Of a DNA stretch of 64,000 bases, positions 1-14,290 are shown piece after piece. Both the position numbers and the translations under genes were made by a program. This DNA is from Eledone cirrhosa (Eukaryota): NCBI GenBank assembly GCA_964016885.1, contig OZ024744.1, positions 35,712,001 through 35,776,000 of the forward strand, given 5' to 3'. The first letter of the stretch is position 1. Every line of letters starts with the position of its first letter. The notes under the pieces were generated by a model, which made no database searches, was not told the origin of the DNA, and saw only the letters and a list, made by a program, of their open reading frames with translations.

Positions 1-3000
1 TACATATTAAGACACTAACAGTCCCCAAACCTACATACATATTCAGACATCAGTAGTCCCCATACTTACATACATATACAGACACGAACAATCCCCTTAC
101 CTACATACATATTCAGACACCAACAGTCCCATACCTACATACATATTCAGACTCCAACAGTCCCCATAGCTACATATATATCATTCAGACACCAACAGTC
201 GCCATACCTACCTACATATTCAGACTCCAACAGTCCCCATACCTACATACATATTGAGACACCTACAGTCCCCATACCTACATAATATCATTCAGACACC
301 AACAGTCCCCATACCTACACACATATCATTCAGACACCAACAGTCCCTATATCTACATACATTTCATTCAGACATAAATAGTTCCCATACTTACATATTC
401 ATACACCAACAGACCCCATACCTACATACATATGATTTAGACACCAACAGTCCCCATACTTACACACATATCATTCATACACCAACCGTCCCGATACTTA
501 TATACATATTTAGACATCAACAGTTCCCAATCCTACATACATATTCAGACATCAAAGGTCCCCATACTTACATACATATTCAGACACCAACAGTCCCCAT
601 ACCTATATACATATCATTCAGACACCAACGGTCCCCATACCTACATACATACATATTCAGACATAAACATTCCCCATGCCTACACACATATCATTCAGAC
701 ACCAACACACCCCATACTTACATACATATCAATCAGACACCAACAGTCCCCATTCCTACACACATATCCTTCAGGCATCAACAGTCCTCATACGTACATA
801 AATCTCATTCAGACATCAACAGTCGCCATACCTTCACACACATATCAGACACCAACAGTCCCCATATTTACACACATATCATTCATACACCAACGGTCCC
901 GATACTTACATACATATTGAGACACCCAGAGCCCCCAAATCTAAATACATATTCAGACATCTTCAGTCCCCATACTTACATACATATTTAGACATAAACA
1001 GTCCCCATACCTACATACATATCATTCAGACACCAACTTACTCTATACCTACCACATATTCAGACTCCAACAGTCCCCGTAGCTACATACATATTGAGAC
1101 GGCAACAGTCCCCATACTTACACACATATCTTTCAGACACCAACAGATCCCATACCTACATCTTATGATTCAGACACCAACAGTCTCCACACTTACATAC
1201 ATATCATTCAGACACCAACATTCCCCATACCTACAGACATATCATTCAGACACCAACAGACCCCATACTTACATACATATCATTCATACACCAACAGTCC
1301 CCATACTTACATATCCAGACACCAACAGTCCCCATACCTACACACATATCATTCAGACACCAACAGTACCCATATTACATACATATTGAGACACCAACAG
1401 TCCCCATGCCTACATACATATTCAGACATCAACTGTCTCCATACCTACTTACATATTGAGCAGCAACAGTCCCCATACTTACACACACATTGAGACACCA
1501 ACAGTCCCGATACTTACATACTCAGACACCAACATTCCCCATAGCTACATACATATTGAGACACCAACAGCCCCCATACCTACAGACATATTCAGCCACC
1601 AACAGACCCCATAGCTACATACATATTGAGACACCAACAGTCCCATACCTACATACATATCATTCAGACACCAACATCCCCATACCTACACACATATCAT
1701 TTAGACACCAATAGTGCCCATACCTACATACATATTGAGACACCTAACAGTCCCCATACCTACATATATATTGAGACACCAACAGTCCCCATACCTACAT
1801 ACATATTCAGACACTAACAGTCCCCACACTTACATATTCAGACACCAACAGTCCCCATACGTACACACATATTGAGACACCAACAGTCCCCATACCTACA
1901 CACATATTGAGACACCAATAGTCCTCATAGCTACACACATATTGAGACACACAATACTCATCATACCTACATATTCAGACACCAATAGTCCCCATAGCTA
2001 CAATCATATTCAGACACCAACAGTCCTCATACCTACACACATATCATTCAGATACCAACAGTACCCATACTTACACACATAGTGAGACATCAACAGTCCC
2101 CATACCTACTTACATATCCTGCAGACACCAACCGTCCCCATAACTACACACACATCATTCAGACACCAACAGTCCCCATACTTACATACATATCATTCAG
2201 AGACCAACAGTCCCCATACTTACACACACATATCATTCAGACACCAACAGTCCCGATACTTACATACTCAGACACCAACATTCCCCATACCTACACACAT
2301 ATTGAGTTACCAACAGTCCCCATAGCGACATACATATTGAGACACCAACAGTCCTCATACCTACATACATATCATTCAGACAACAACAGTCCCCATACCT
2401 ACATACATATCATTCAGACACCAACAGTCCCCATACCTACACACATATCATTCAGACACCAACAGTCCCCATACTTACATATTCAGACACCAACAGTCCC
2501 CATACCTACACACATATTCAGATCCAACAGTCCCCACACCTACACACATATTCAGACACCAACAGTCCCCATACTTACAATTCAGACACCAACAGTCTTA
2601 CATAAAATACTTACATACATATCATTCAGACATCCACAGCCCCCATAACTACACACATATTGAGACACCAACAGTCCCCATAACTACATACATATCATTC
2701 AGACACCAGCAGTCCCCATACTTACATACATATTGAGACACCAACAGTCCCCATACCTACATACATATTCAGACATCAACAATCCCCATACCTACATACA
2801 TATTCAGACACCAACAGTCCCCACACTTACATATTCAGACACCAACAATCCCAATACCTACACACATATTTAGACCCCAACAGTCCCCATAGTGACGTAG
2901 ATATTGAGACACCAACAGTCCCCATACCTACACACATATTTAGACACCAACAGTCCCCATACCTACATACATATTCAGACACCAACATTCCCCATACTTA

Positions 3001-6000
3001 CATATTCAGACACCAACAATCCCCATACTTACATATTCAGACACCAACAGTCCCCATACCTACACACACATATTCAGACACCAACAGTCCCCATACTTAC
3101 ATACATATTGAGACACCAAAGTCCCCAACCTACATACATATTCAGAGTTCAACAGTCCTAATACCTACACACATATTGAGGCACCAACAGTCCCCATATT
3201 TACATACATATTCAGACATCAACAGTCCCCACACTTACATATTCAGACACCAACAATCCCCATACTTACATATTCAGACTCCAACAGTCCTTATACATAC
3301 ACGCATAACAATCAGACACCAACAGTACCCATACTTACATACATATTTAGACACCAACAGTCCCCATACCTACACACATATTCAGACACCAACAGTCCCC
3401 ATAGCGACATACATATTGTGACACCAACCGTCCCCATACCTACACACATATCATTCAGACACCAACAGTCATCATACCAACACACAAATATTCAGACACT
3501 AACAGTCCCCATACTTACATATTCAGACACCAACAGTCCCCATACCTACACACATATTCAGACACCAACAGTCCCCATACTTAAATATTCAGACACCAAC
3601 AGTCTTACATACAATACTTACATACATATCATTCAGACATCAACAGCCCCCATAAATACACACGTATTGAGCCACCAACAGTCCCGATACTTACATACAT
3701 ATTCAGACACCAACAGTCCCCATACCTACACACATATCATTCTGACACCAACAGTACCCATACTTACATAGATATTGAGACACCAACAGTCCCCATAGCT
3801 ACATACATATTGATACACCAACAATCTCCATACCTACACACATATTCAGACATCAAGAGTCCCCATACCTACATTCATATTGAGACACCAACAGTCACCA
3901 TACGTACATACATATTGAGACATCAACACTCCCCATACCTACACACATATTGAGACACCAACAGTCCCCATACCTACACACATATTGAGACATCAACAAT
4001 CCCCATACCTACACACATATTCAGACACCAATAGTCCCCATACCTACACACATATTCAGACACCTACAGTTCCCATAGCTACATACATATTGAGACACAC
4101 AGCAGTCCCCATACCTACATATTGAGACACCAACAGTCCCCATACCTACATACATATTCAGACACCAACAGTCCCCATACCTACACACATATTGAGACAT
4201 CAACAGTCCCCATACCTCCCAACATATTTAGACACCAACAGTTCCCATACGTACACACAAATATTCAGATAACAACAGTCCCGATACTTACATATTCAGA
4301 GACCAAAAATCACCATACCTACACACATATTCAGACATCAACAGTCCCCATATTGAGACACCAACTGTCCCCATACCTACACACATATTGAGACACCAAC
4401 AGTCCCCATACCTACACACACATATTCAGACACCAACAGTCCCCATACTTACATACATATTGAGACAGCAACAGTCCCCATACCTACACACATATTCAGA
4501 CATTAACAATCCCTATACCTACACATATATTGAGACACCAACAATCCCCACACTTCCATACATATCATTCAGACACCAACCGTCCCCATACCTACACACA
4601 CATATTCAGACACCAACAGTCCCCATACCTACACACATATCATTCAGACACCAACAGTCCCCATACCTACACACATATCATTCTGACACCAACCGTCCAC
4701 ATACCTACATATTCAGACATCAACAGTCCCCATACATACACACATATTATTCAGACAGCAACAGTCCCCATACTTACATACATATCATTCAGACACCAAC
4801 AGTCCTCATACCTACACACATATCATTCAGACACCAACAGTCCCCATACTTACATATATATCATTCAGCCACCAACCGTACATATACCAACACACATATC
4901 ATTCAGACACCAATAGTCCCCATACTTACATACATATCATTCAGACACCAACAGTCCCCATACCTACACACATATCATTCAGACACCAACAGTCCCCATA
5001 CTTACATACATATCGTTCAGACACCAACCGTCTACATACCAACACTCATATCATTCAGACACCAACAGTCCCCATACTTACATACATATTGGGACACCAA
5101 GAGTCCCCATACCTACATACATATTCAGAGATCAACACTCCTAATACCTACACACATATTGAGGCACCAACAGTCCCCATATTTACATACATATTCAGAC
5201 ATCAACAGTTCCCACACTTACATATGCAGACACCAACAATCTCCATACTTACATATTCAGACTCCAACAGTCCTTATACCTACACGCATATCATTCAGAC
5301 ACCAACAGTATCCATACTTACATACATATTGAGACACCAACAGTCCCCATACCTACACACATATTCAGACACCAACAGTCCCTATAGCGACATACATATT
5401 GATACACCAACAGTCCCCATACCTACACACATATCATTCAGACACCAACAGTCCCCATACCTACACACATATCATTCAGACACCAACAGTCTCCATACCT
5501 ACACACATATCATTCAGACACCAACAGTCCCCATACCTACACACACATTCAGCCAACAACAGTCCCCATACCTACACACAAATATTCCGACACCAACACT
5601 CCCCATACTTACATATTCAGACACCAACAGTCCCCATACCAACACACATATTGAGACACCAACAGTCCCCATACCTACACATATCATTCAGACACCAACA
5701 GTCTCCATACCTAGACACATATCATTCAGACACCAACAGTCCCCATACCTACACACACATTCAGCCAACAACAGTCCCCATACCTACACACAAATATTCA
5801 GACACCAACACTCCCCTATCTTACATATTCAGACACCAACAATCCCCATACTTACATATTCAGACACCAACAGACCGCATACCTACACACGTATCATTCA
5901 GACACCAACAGTACCCATACTTACATACATATTGAGACACCAACATACCCCATACCTACATACATATTGAGACACCAACAGTCGCCATACCTACACACAA

Positions 6001-6690
6001 ATATTCAGACACCAACCGTCCCCATACTTACATATTCACACACCAACAGTCGCCATACCTACATACATATTCAGACATCAACAGTGCCCATATCTACACA
6101 CATATTGTGACACCAACAGTCCCCATACTTACGTAAATATTCAGACACCAACAGTCCCGATACATACACACATATCATTCAGACACCAACAGTCCACATA
6201 CTTACATACATATCATTCAGACACCAACAGTCCCCATTCCTACACACATATCATTCAGTCACCAACAGTCCCCATACTTTCATACATATTGTGACACCAA
6301 CAGTCCCCATACCAACATACATATTCAGAGATCAACCGTCCTAATAACTACACACATATTGTGGCACCAACAGTCCCCATACTTACATACATATTCAGAC
6401 ACCAACAGTCCCCATACCTACATACACATTTTCAGACACCAACAGTCCCCACACTTACATATTCAGACACTAACAGTCCCCATACCTACACACACATATT
6501 GAGACACCAACAGTCCCCATACCTACACACATATTCAGACACCAACAGTCCCCATAGCGACATACATATTCAGACACCAACAGTCCCCATACCTACATTC
6601 ATATCATTCAGACACCAACAGTCCCCATACCTACACACATATTCAGACACCAGCAGTCCCCATACCTACACATATATCATTCAGACAACA
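1..6690. repeat. Minisatellite array, ~30-37 bp unit (CAGACACCAACAGTCCCCATACCTACACACATAT[CAT]T); runs off the window start
   Basis: Continuous degenerate tandem repeat. The HQQSPYLHTY/QTPTVPI ORFs are its translations. Confidence 0.97.
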
Positions 6691-6789
6691 CAAGACACAC
6701 ATACATATCGAAAAACTAAATTTCCACAGAAATCGCGTATCTGTTGGTGGAAACGCCCCCAAAATAACCAGAATGACGGATAAGCCCCT

Positions 6790-7440
6790 CTTCCACACAA
6801 AACCATGTAAGTGTTATTTTTTACGTTTTTCTTTCTCTCGATAACATTGTTTTGTTTAGAATCGGCAGTTTGAATGTACGTTGTCTGGGGTCACCTTGGA
6901 TGTAGGATCATCTGCTTAATGACCACGGGTCACTGAACAGAGATGTAGTGGTCATCAACGAGACCAGCATGTCTGAGCCACAAGTCTTCACATCTAACTT
7001 CAAAGGCTATGAAGTGTATGTATCTCCAAGATATCTGAGAGGAGGAGGTGAGCTGCTGTGTTGTTTTGGAAAGGCCTGGATCTTGTGATACGGACCATCT
7101 TCTTGGATTTAGAGAATAAGTTGATGGTGCTAGACCTTGACCGACAATGAAGAACATGCTTTCAGACTGGTTGCCATCTATGCCCCGGCAGAGGTAAGAT
7201 GACCAAATTTCTGCAGGCGTTTGGAAACGTTTCTAGAAAGGTTCCACCCATTAGTGTTCGTGGGTGACTGGAACGGGATCCTAGATACTCGCTGAGATTG
7301 TGTTGGCAGATAGGAAAAGATGGTATAAAAGCCTCACAAACCTGCTCAGACAATTCCAACTGTCTGACAAGCACGGACAAGATTTCTGAATGTGCCAGTG
7401 TGGACATGGTCAAACATACCAGGTCATCCAGATTGTATCA
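6790..7440 (+). mobile_element. Decayed Tx1/L1-clade LINE fragment (ORF1/ORF2 junction and APE endonuclease)
   Basis: AGAATCGGCAGTTTGAATGTACGTTGTCTGGGGTCACCTTGG...CTGCTTAATGACC parallels the ORF2 start at 33545 (IRVGSLNVRGLGSPW..LLNDL). Many stops and indels. Confidence 0.8.
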
Positions 7441-7517
7441 GGAATACACACGCACACATACATATACATACACACGCACGCATATATATGGCCCTTCCAA
7501 TTTCTTTTTACATTATA

Positions 7518-7671
7518 CAGTAAAATTCCGTTATAACGAAATTCACGGGGTATAAAAAATTCGGTGTAACGAAAAATTCTTTAAAAGGAGATCGACCTAA
7601 CACATTGAGTGTGTAGTTGGGGATTGAAAAAAATTCGTTATACTGGAATTCGTTATAAGGGAATTTACCTG
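7518..7671. mobile_element. Tc1/mariner-pogo (Tigger-like) MITE
   Basis: TA|CAGTAAAATTCCGTTATAACGAA ... TTCGTTATAAGGGAATTTACCTG|TA: ~23-bp imperfect TIRs, TA TSD, internal TTCGTTATA subterminal repeats. Confidence 0.8.
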
Positions 7672-7775
7672 TATACATGTCTGTATATTTTAATTATTTC
7701 AAACATTTTAAAGTGAACATAATTGTAAAATAATATTTTTAAGTGAACGTGACCCAACAGGTCTCGGGGGATCTA

Positions 7776-7824
<49 letters not shown>

Positions 7825-8194
7825 TAGCGAAGGGTAACCTGGAAAGCAGGGCAGGCAGTCCAATCGCCATGGCGGAAAGTGGGGCTGTGCAGCCTCCCCC
7901 CCCCCAATACCCACTAAATGACCCTCCCGGTCAAAGCTGCATGTAGTGTTATCTAGTGTGTGTGTGTTATCTTTTTGTGTCTACGATTTAGTAAGCAGTC
8001 AAAATTCTGCTTGCCCCAAATCTGTCGTGTGTTTGTGTTTGTGTGTGTGTGTTATCTTTTTTTGTGTCTACAATTTAGTAAGCAGCCACAATTCTGCTTG
8101 CTTCAACCGACGCAATTCATCAACTCAAGATTCTATAACGCATGCACTGATTGCGTTGTATGCACGGATCCTTCGCCCCTGGTATATATATATA

Positions 8195-8843
8195 TATACT
8201 TGGAGAGGGTCATATTGTTGTAATAATATTGGCAGAAATAATAACAGAACACACTCATATTGCGAAGAAATACCAATGAGAATCAGCAGATTACTGATGA
8301 AGGACTTTTCCTGTTTCCCTGTCTATTTTTATTCATATGTTCATATTCGCAACGACGCAGCACGCCATTTTTCATTCACATATATTTTCCCTTCGCTGTG
8401 GTTCGTATTTTTTCAGTCATCTTTTTGCTATCCTTTTTCTCTCTCCCCCTTACCTCTTGCTTTCCTCCACCCCCGCTGCTGGTCACACACTCTCAGCTGG
8501 CCCCTTCCTAATACTTTCACTCACTCACTCTCTGCTACTCCTCCTCTCTCTCTCTTCCTCCCGTCTGACCTGCGTTAATTCTTTCCTCTCTCACTTTTTT
8601 CGTTGCTCGGACGTGTCTATTTTCTTCTCGTCATTTGATTTGTCGGACCACAAGATTCATTGACTTGTCTCTCTTTTCCTCTCTTTACGTTGCGTTACTA
8701 CCATGTTGTTTGTTCACTTTCTTCTGTCCTGATAACTTTATTTAGTTATCGCTCGCACTGATTTTAGGTATCTAGTCTTTAATGCGAAGACATACCAATG
8801 AGAATCAGCAGACTACTGATGAAGGACGTTTCCTGTTTTCTTG

Positions 8844-8845
<2 letters not shown>
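8195..8845 (+). repeat. Non-coding interspersed repeat with ~65-bp direct repeats (8260-8325 and 8783-8845); related copy at 14520-15000
   Basis: TGCGAAGA.ATACCAATGAGAATCAGCAGA.TACTGATGAAGGAC occurs twice. Flanked by (TA)n. The left end resembles the PLE termini at 24333 and 62075. Confidence 0.6.
8731..8835 (+). ncRNA. Covarying pseudoknotted hammerhead-like RNA motif, copy A
   Basis: Helices GATAAC/GTTATC, CTGATT/AATCAG, GGTA/TACC and TAGTC/GACTA, followed by CTGATGA. Compensatory changes relative to copy B. Confidence 0.5.
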
Positions 8846-8918
<73 letters not shown>

Positions 8919-8974
8919 TTTTCAACACTAACATTTGTTGAAATTCATATTTTATGTAAAAAGAATGGTTTCTG

Positions 8975-9155
8975 ATTTAGGCTCAAAGCCAACAATTTTT
9001 TGGGAAAGGTAAAGTCGATTAAATCGACCACAGTACATTACTGGTGCCTTATTTTATCAACCCCGTAAGGATGAAAGGCAAAGTTAACCTTGGCGGGATT
9101 TGAGCTCAGAACGTCAAGGGCCATACCTAAATACTGAAAAGCATTTTTTCTGGCT
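8975..9155 (-). mobile_element. tRNA-derived SINE (octopus-type)
   Basis: Reverse complement of TTCTGAG.TCAAATCCCGCCAAGGTTAACTTTGCCTTTCATCC...GATAAAATAAG, shared with the 11342 copy. Confidence 0.8.
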
Positions 9156-9765
9156 CTCCACCTATCTAATAATACTTTGTCATGTTAATATTTTAAAGGA
9201 AACCATGAAAAATATTAACATGAAAAAATAAAAATTGCTTTCTTTCACATTTCCATTTATAACATTATGGAGAAAATATAGCTAATTGGAAAATATGTTG
9301 AATGGTTGTAGAATCTTTCAGTGTTAAACTGAAGGCAACACAGCATTTCAGATCTATCAGTCTATAGTAAACATGTGACTGTAACACTAATATCAGAATC
9401 ATAACTATCGGTAATGTGGTGGAAGATAAAAAATTGTTCTATTGCTTGTCAAAATTTTGAGCTCTCTGGAGCGAGAGCTGCAATAACATCATTAATATTT
9501 TACTTTGCAAATTCTTCATGTTTGTAAGGAAGTTGACTTTGAGCAATATTTCAAAATATAGCAAAGCTAGCTTCGGTAGTCATATTACTTAACTTACAGT
9601 GGGAGAATAAGTTATTTTGTTGACTAAGTTAGATTTTAACATTTTTATCTGATTTCTCGAAGTTCTAATTCAAAAAGAAATTCGGACATGAATGTTTTCT
9701 GGTTAGATTCATGGAGATGCTTAAAATTACTGGTTTTAACTCTTAACATCCTGTATCCTATCAAG

Positions 9766-9875
9766 GTACGTGGTTTAGTGGTTAGAGAGTTGGATTCGCA
9801 ATTATGAGGTTGCGAGTTCAATTCTCGGTGATTCGTTGTGTCCTTGAGCAAGACATCTTATTTCCCGCTGCTGTT
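9766..9875 (+). mobile_element. tRNA-derived SINE head (second family)
   Basis: A-box-like TGGTTTAGTGG and B-box GAGTTCAATTC, then TGTGTCCTTGAGCAAGACA. Confidence 0.7.
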
Positions 9876-10499
9876 TCTGCCAGAAGTTGCGACTGGTAGA
9901 CAGTATCAACAATGGAAAAACCAATGGAAACATTGTTTCCTTGGTCCGATTTGTCGGGTCCACCTCACTCGGTAAGCGAATGGGGTCTGGGATCTTGTTG
10001 TTGATCGGAGCGGGAGCGATCACATCAAACCGCATTAGTGAGACGTTCTTGAAAAGTACAAAACAGCAACATGACCACATCTCCTTAAAAATTAATGTTA
10101 TAACGATAAAAGATACTATAAGCATTTAAATTAACAAAAACATGTTTATGTTTTCTGCTAAATCATTACAAGATGTTAAGAGTTAAATTGGACTTTTCAC
10201 TACTAATAAAACATTTTCCCATTTTTGTGAGGTCAATTTTCCATGGCTAAATAAAATAGAACATCCTTCAAGTACTGGTGTCTATTTAAATGGTTGTTTA
10301 TTTTCCACAAATTTGAACCTGTGTACTAATTGGAAATCAATGTTAATATACAGAGTTTCTGTTGCTTACGGCAGTAAGGTTTTTCCAGCCTATAGTATCA
10401 ATTTAGAAGTTAATGGATTGATCAGTTCTAGATTTAGGTATTATTGTAGAGGATTCTGCAGCCACACCAAGGACAATAAAATGCACTCAGTGCACTTAG

Positions 10500-10700
10500 T
10501 AAAATTGTTAGCATTAAAGAAAGGTATTCAGCTGTAGAAACTATGCCCAAAATGTAATGTATTGACCAAAACATGGTTCCACGACATAGCTACGAGAACT
10601 GTTGCTTTGGTCAGTTATTGACTTGGTATTTAAAGACCTGTCCAACCCATGCAGGCATGGAAAATCGAATGTGAAACGATGATGACGATGATAATGAATT
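10500..10700 (+). mobile_element. SINE 3' part with (GAT)n tail
   Basis: CCTGTCCAACCCATGCAGGCATGGAAAA...GATGATGACGATGAT tail; recognised as a common cephalopod-type repeat. Confidence 0.5.
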
Positions 10701-11341
10701 AGATATAATATGAGGAAGAGTTGACTGTTAATTCTAGCAGGCTGAACGACCACACAGAGGCTGCCATGGTTGAGAAAGGAGGCATGGTTCTAAGTTTAAA
10801 TAACAATAAACATCATCAATGACCAACATTCCTTTGAAGTTACTGAAATTTAGTCAATTAATATATTAACCTTTAAGCTTGGAAAAATAAGCTTGTGTAT
10901 AAAAATTTAATTAACCAGCGAAAGCCTAATTTTTCTTATTAAAAAACCCCCATTAAATAAGAGGATGGTGTTTGTTGTTAGTTGGTACCATGGTGAAATG
11001 TTACAATTTCTGTAAATTAGTTTCGATTTCCGAATTTGCAATTCATATTTTTTTTTCATTTACATTTTTAATGACCATTGGGAAAACTATGAAACTAAAG
11101 GTTTCCAATATTTGTTTTCTCTTTCAATCTAATGGTTGTTGTTTAGCCCCAGGTCAGACCAGATTGGGCAGACTGATGATCAAAGGCATTCCGATCATGG
11201 CCTTCTCTGTTTTTTTCTTCTTTTCTTTTTAGTAGTCTAGTGACAAAGTAGACACTTAATGGTTAATTTTCAGTGATACATAGCTTTAGTAGTGATATCA
11301 TCATCGCTATCATCATTACCATCGTCATTATTATTTTCATT

Positions 11342-11535
11342 AGCGGTGGATTGGCAGTATCGGTAGAGGGCCGGACGCCATGCTTTGCAGCATAGAGTTA
11401 CGGCTCTTTACGATCTGAGTTCAGATCCCGCCAAGGTTAACTTTGCTTTTCATCCTTACGAGGTCGATAAAATAAAGTACCAGTAATGCACTGGTGTAAT
11501 TGCTGGCCTTGTGCCAAAATTAAAAAACAATTATT
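11342..11535 (+). mobile_element. Full-length tRNA-derived SINE
   Basis: TGGCAGTATCGG A box, GAGTTCAGATCC B box, body GGTTAACTTTGC...GTCGATAAAATAAAGTACCAG, (ATT) tail. Multiple copies in the window. Confidence 0.85.
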
Positions 11536-11599
11536 GGTTTCATTTTTATTTACAGTCTGTGCATCCAGAATATGTGCAGTGTTGATGTTAGTGTTGGTG

Positions 11600-11985
11600 T
11601 TGTTATTTTATTGAGAGTACCCTTGGTAATATGCGTGCAGTGCCTAGTAGTGTTATGTTCTGTATATTGTATATATTTGTTTGTCCTGGGGTTTTGGTAA
11701 TGCATCTGGTTTTCGTTTTTTTATCATTCCCACACACTTTTTGTAGAAATTGTTTCAGTTTTCATCATTCACATTTCAGTTAATTTTATCTTTGGATAAT
11801 TTCTCTATTTCTTAGCTAGATATATTGTCATCTGTCGGGACTGATACATCAATTAGAAGACATTTTTTTCTTTGTGCTCTATAATATCTGGTCAATTGGC
11901 TTTATTCTCTCTGTCTGTGTGTATTGTCATATCCCAGAGTATGGTTGTTTTGTTATTCCCTGATAGCTTTTCTGGAGTAAGAATT
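11600..11985 (-). mobile_element. R4/Dong-clade non-LTR 3' fragment (restriction-like endonuclease domain), decayed
   Basis: Minus-strand translation TTILWDMTIHTDRE.KAN*PDII...KKCLLIDVSVPTDDN and later IQNITLLGTARILPRVLSI: the RLE RPD..D..K pattern. Confidence 0.75.
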
Positions 11986-12251
11986 GACATGGAGGTGGCC
12001 CAGCTAGCGATGCCATCATTACAGTGGACAGCGGCCTCCATAGATATTTTGTTTATATTTTGCTGTAACCCAGTAGGGATTACTAGAATACAATTTTTAT
12101 GTTCATTACATCTGATGACGTTTCCGATTGTTTTACGTCATAGTCCGTGATGGTGTAAGCCTACCACAAATATGTGTATTATGTAATTGTAAAAAATGAA
12201 AGGAAAATATTGGAATCTTGCCTTTTGTATTTTCATTGAAATATATATAAT

Positions 12252-12394
<143 letters not shown>

Positions 12395-12424
12395 CTCTAC
12401 AGAAAAGGAACCGTATATATATAT

Positions 12425-12825
12425 CTACGGCTCCTTATCTGTAGAGCTATTTCTGTTGAGAAGAATTTTGACTGCTATTTCTAGTTGTCGAAAACTTTTT
12501 CACGCCACTGAAACGAAACCGCTATCTTGTGTGGACGCAACACGTGGTAACGGATAGTTGAAGATTTGATCTCGCTCGCCCTGTAAGCTCGAATAGCTGG
12601 ATTTATTATCAATTCCTTGTTGACAATCCAATAATATCCACTTTCCTTGACTTACCATCTGATTAATTGGTGAAATATATTTCTTTAAGGGGATATATAC
12701 AAGGAATGTTAATCACTTTTAAAGGTAAATTTAGCCTAAACTAGCTATGCGCGGTTACACGCAAGCTTGAATTATCTCCTGTGATTATTCATGTATTTTT
12801 ATATGTTAATCAATCTCTAGTTATT
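12425..12825. repeat. ~400-bp interspersed repeat in (TA)n; second copy at 23778-24205
   Basis: Shared TACGGCTCCTTA..TGTAGAGCTA, GACTGCT.TTTCTAGTTGTCGA, GATTAATTGGTGAAATATATTTCTTTAA and CTAGCTATG.GCGGTTACAC. Confidence 0.75.
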
Positions 12826-13119
12826 ATATATATTATATATATATATATTATATATATATATATACATATATATATACCAACTCATTATATCATAATATTA
12901 TAAAATTAAATCAAATTGTTTAGAACTATACTTTTCCTTTTTTCAAATATAAATATATAGGAGGAGGTTATAGTTCACTTGAAGCATTGTGTAATGAGGT
13001 ATAAACGTTTGTATATGTATAATAAAGCCAAAACAATGCAGGTATGGACATAGAATAAAGAATGCAAATGCAAAAGATATTGTTGACAATTAGTCTTTTA
13101 CCTTAGATTTATTTAAATG

Positions 13120-13156
13120 TCCTTAATTTTCGAGATAATATCTCTTCTTCGGAGGG
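13120..13156 (-). ncRNA. Minimal hammerhead ribozyme (CCGAAGA variant)
   Basis: Mirror of 14141-14177. Confidence 0.7.
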
Positions 13157-14140
13157 AAGTAAAGCGGTTAAACCAGTGTTCTAAATAGCTTGCTAAGTCA
13201 TGCTGACAGGAAATGGTATTGAGTATCTGTTCTATCTCTAATGTCAAAGAGTTAAGATTAGGTGGATAAAGAGTAGTCTCCCTTTAAAAGGTTTTTTTTT
13301 GTACATGCCTGTTTAAGTGTGTGGGAGAATGCATGAAGGTGTAAGTATGTGAGTGTGTGTGAGTGAGAAGATATGTCTATACGTAAATGTGGGGGATGGA
13401 TGTTATCTCGAGTTAGAACTGGTCTTTGTGTGTGTATGTGTGAGAGAGAATAAGTGGATGTGTAAGCGTGTGTGTGTGGGGGTGGGGGTGGGGGTGGGGG
13501 TGTAAATATGGGGCTAGAAGCTCTATCAAGTTATAAATTGGGTGTTGAGTTCTAGTCTATTATTGATTGGTGGTTGTGTTTTGTCTATAATTAGTGCTTC
13601 CTTAATTCTAAGATTGCCGAGGTTTCTTTCCTTAGTTTCTATCCTAACTGTTATGGTTTTGTCGGTGTTTTTGCATTTAACTAGGTGTTTCTTAAATGAG
13701 GAAGCGTTAGTATTGAGGTGTTCTTTTATTCTTATGTGGAGTGGTCTGGTGGTGCTACCTACGTAGAAGTTGCTGCATTTGTCACACTCTAGTCTGTATA
13801 CGACGTAAGCCTGGTGGCACACACACACACGCTTACACCTCCACTTATTCTCTCTCACACATACACACACAAAGACCAGTTCTAACACGATATAACATCT
13901 ATCCCCACATTTACGTATAGACATATCTTCTCACACTCACACACACTCACATACTTACACCTTCATGCATTCTCCCACACACTTAAACAGGCATGTAAAA
14001 AAAAACCTTTTAAAGAGAGACTACTCTTTATCCACCTAATCTTAACTATTTGACATTAGAGATAGAACAGATACTCAATACCATTTCCTGTCAGCATGAC
14101 TTGGCAAGCTATTTAGAACACTGGTTTAACCGCTTTACTT

Positions 14141-14177
14141 CCCTCCGAAGAAGAGATATTATCTCGAAAATTAAGGA
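14141..14177 (+). ncRNA. Minimal hammerhead ribozyme (CCGAAGA variant)
   Basis: cct-CCGAAGA-a-gagat/att/atctc-GAAA-at-TA-agg. Palindromic stem III (AATT). Confidence 0.7.
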
Positions 14178-14290
14178 CATTTAAATAAATCTAAGGTAAA
14201 AGACTAATTGTCAACAATATCTTTTGCATTTGCATTCTTTATTCTATGTCCATACCTGCATTGTTTTGGCTTTATTATACATATACAAAC

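Noticed and set aside
254-6783. Long His/Thr/Pro-rich ORFs
   Set aside because: Translations of a non-triplet minisatellite, open in several frames.
9880-10100. GC-richer island as a host exon
   Set aside because: No recognisable peptide or convincing splice pair; cannot be supported.
9766-11535. tRNA genes
   Set aside because: A/B boxes belong to SINE heads; no complete cloverleaf.
12112-12150. CTGATGA followed by a short hairpin
   Set aside because: No GAAA box or stem I partner. The same applies at 11176, 30332 (minus), 43835 and 59960.
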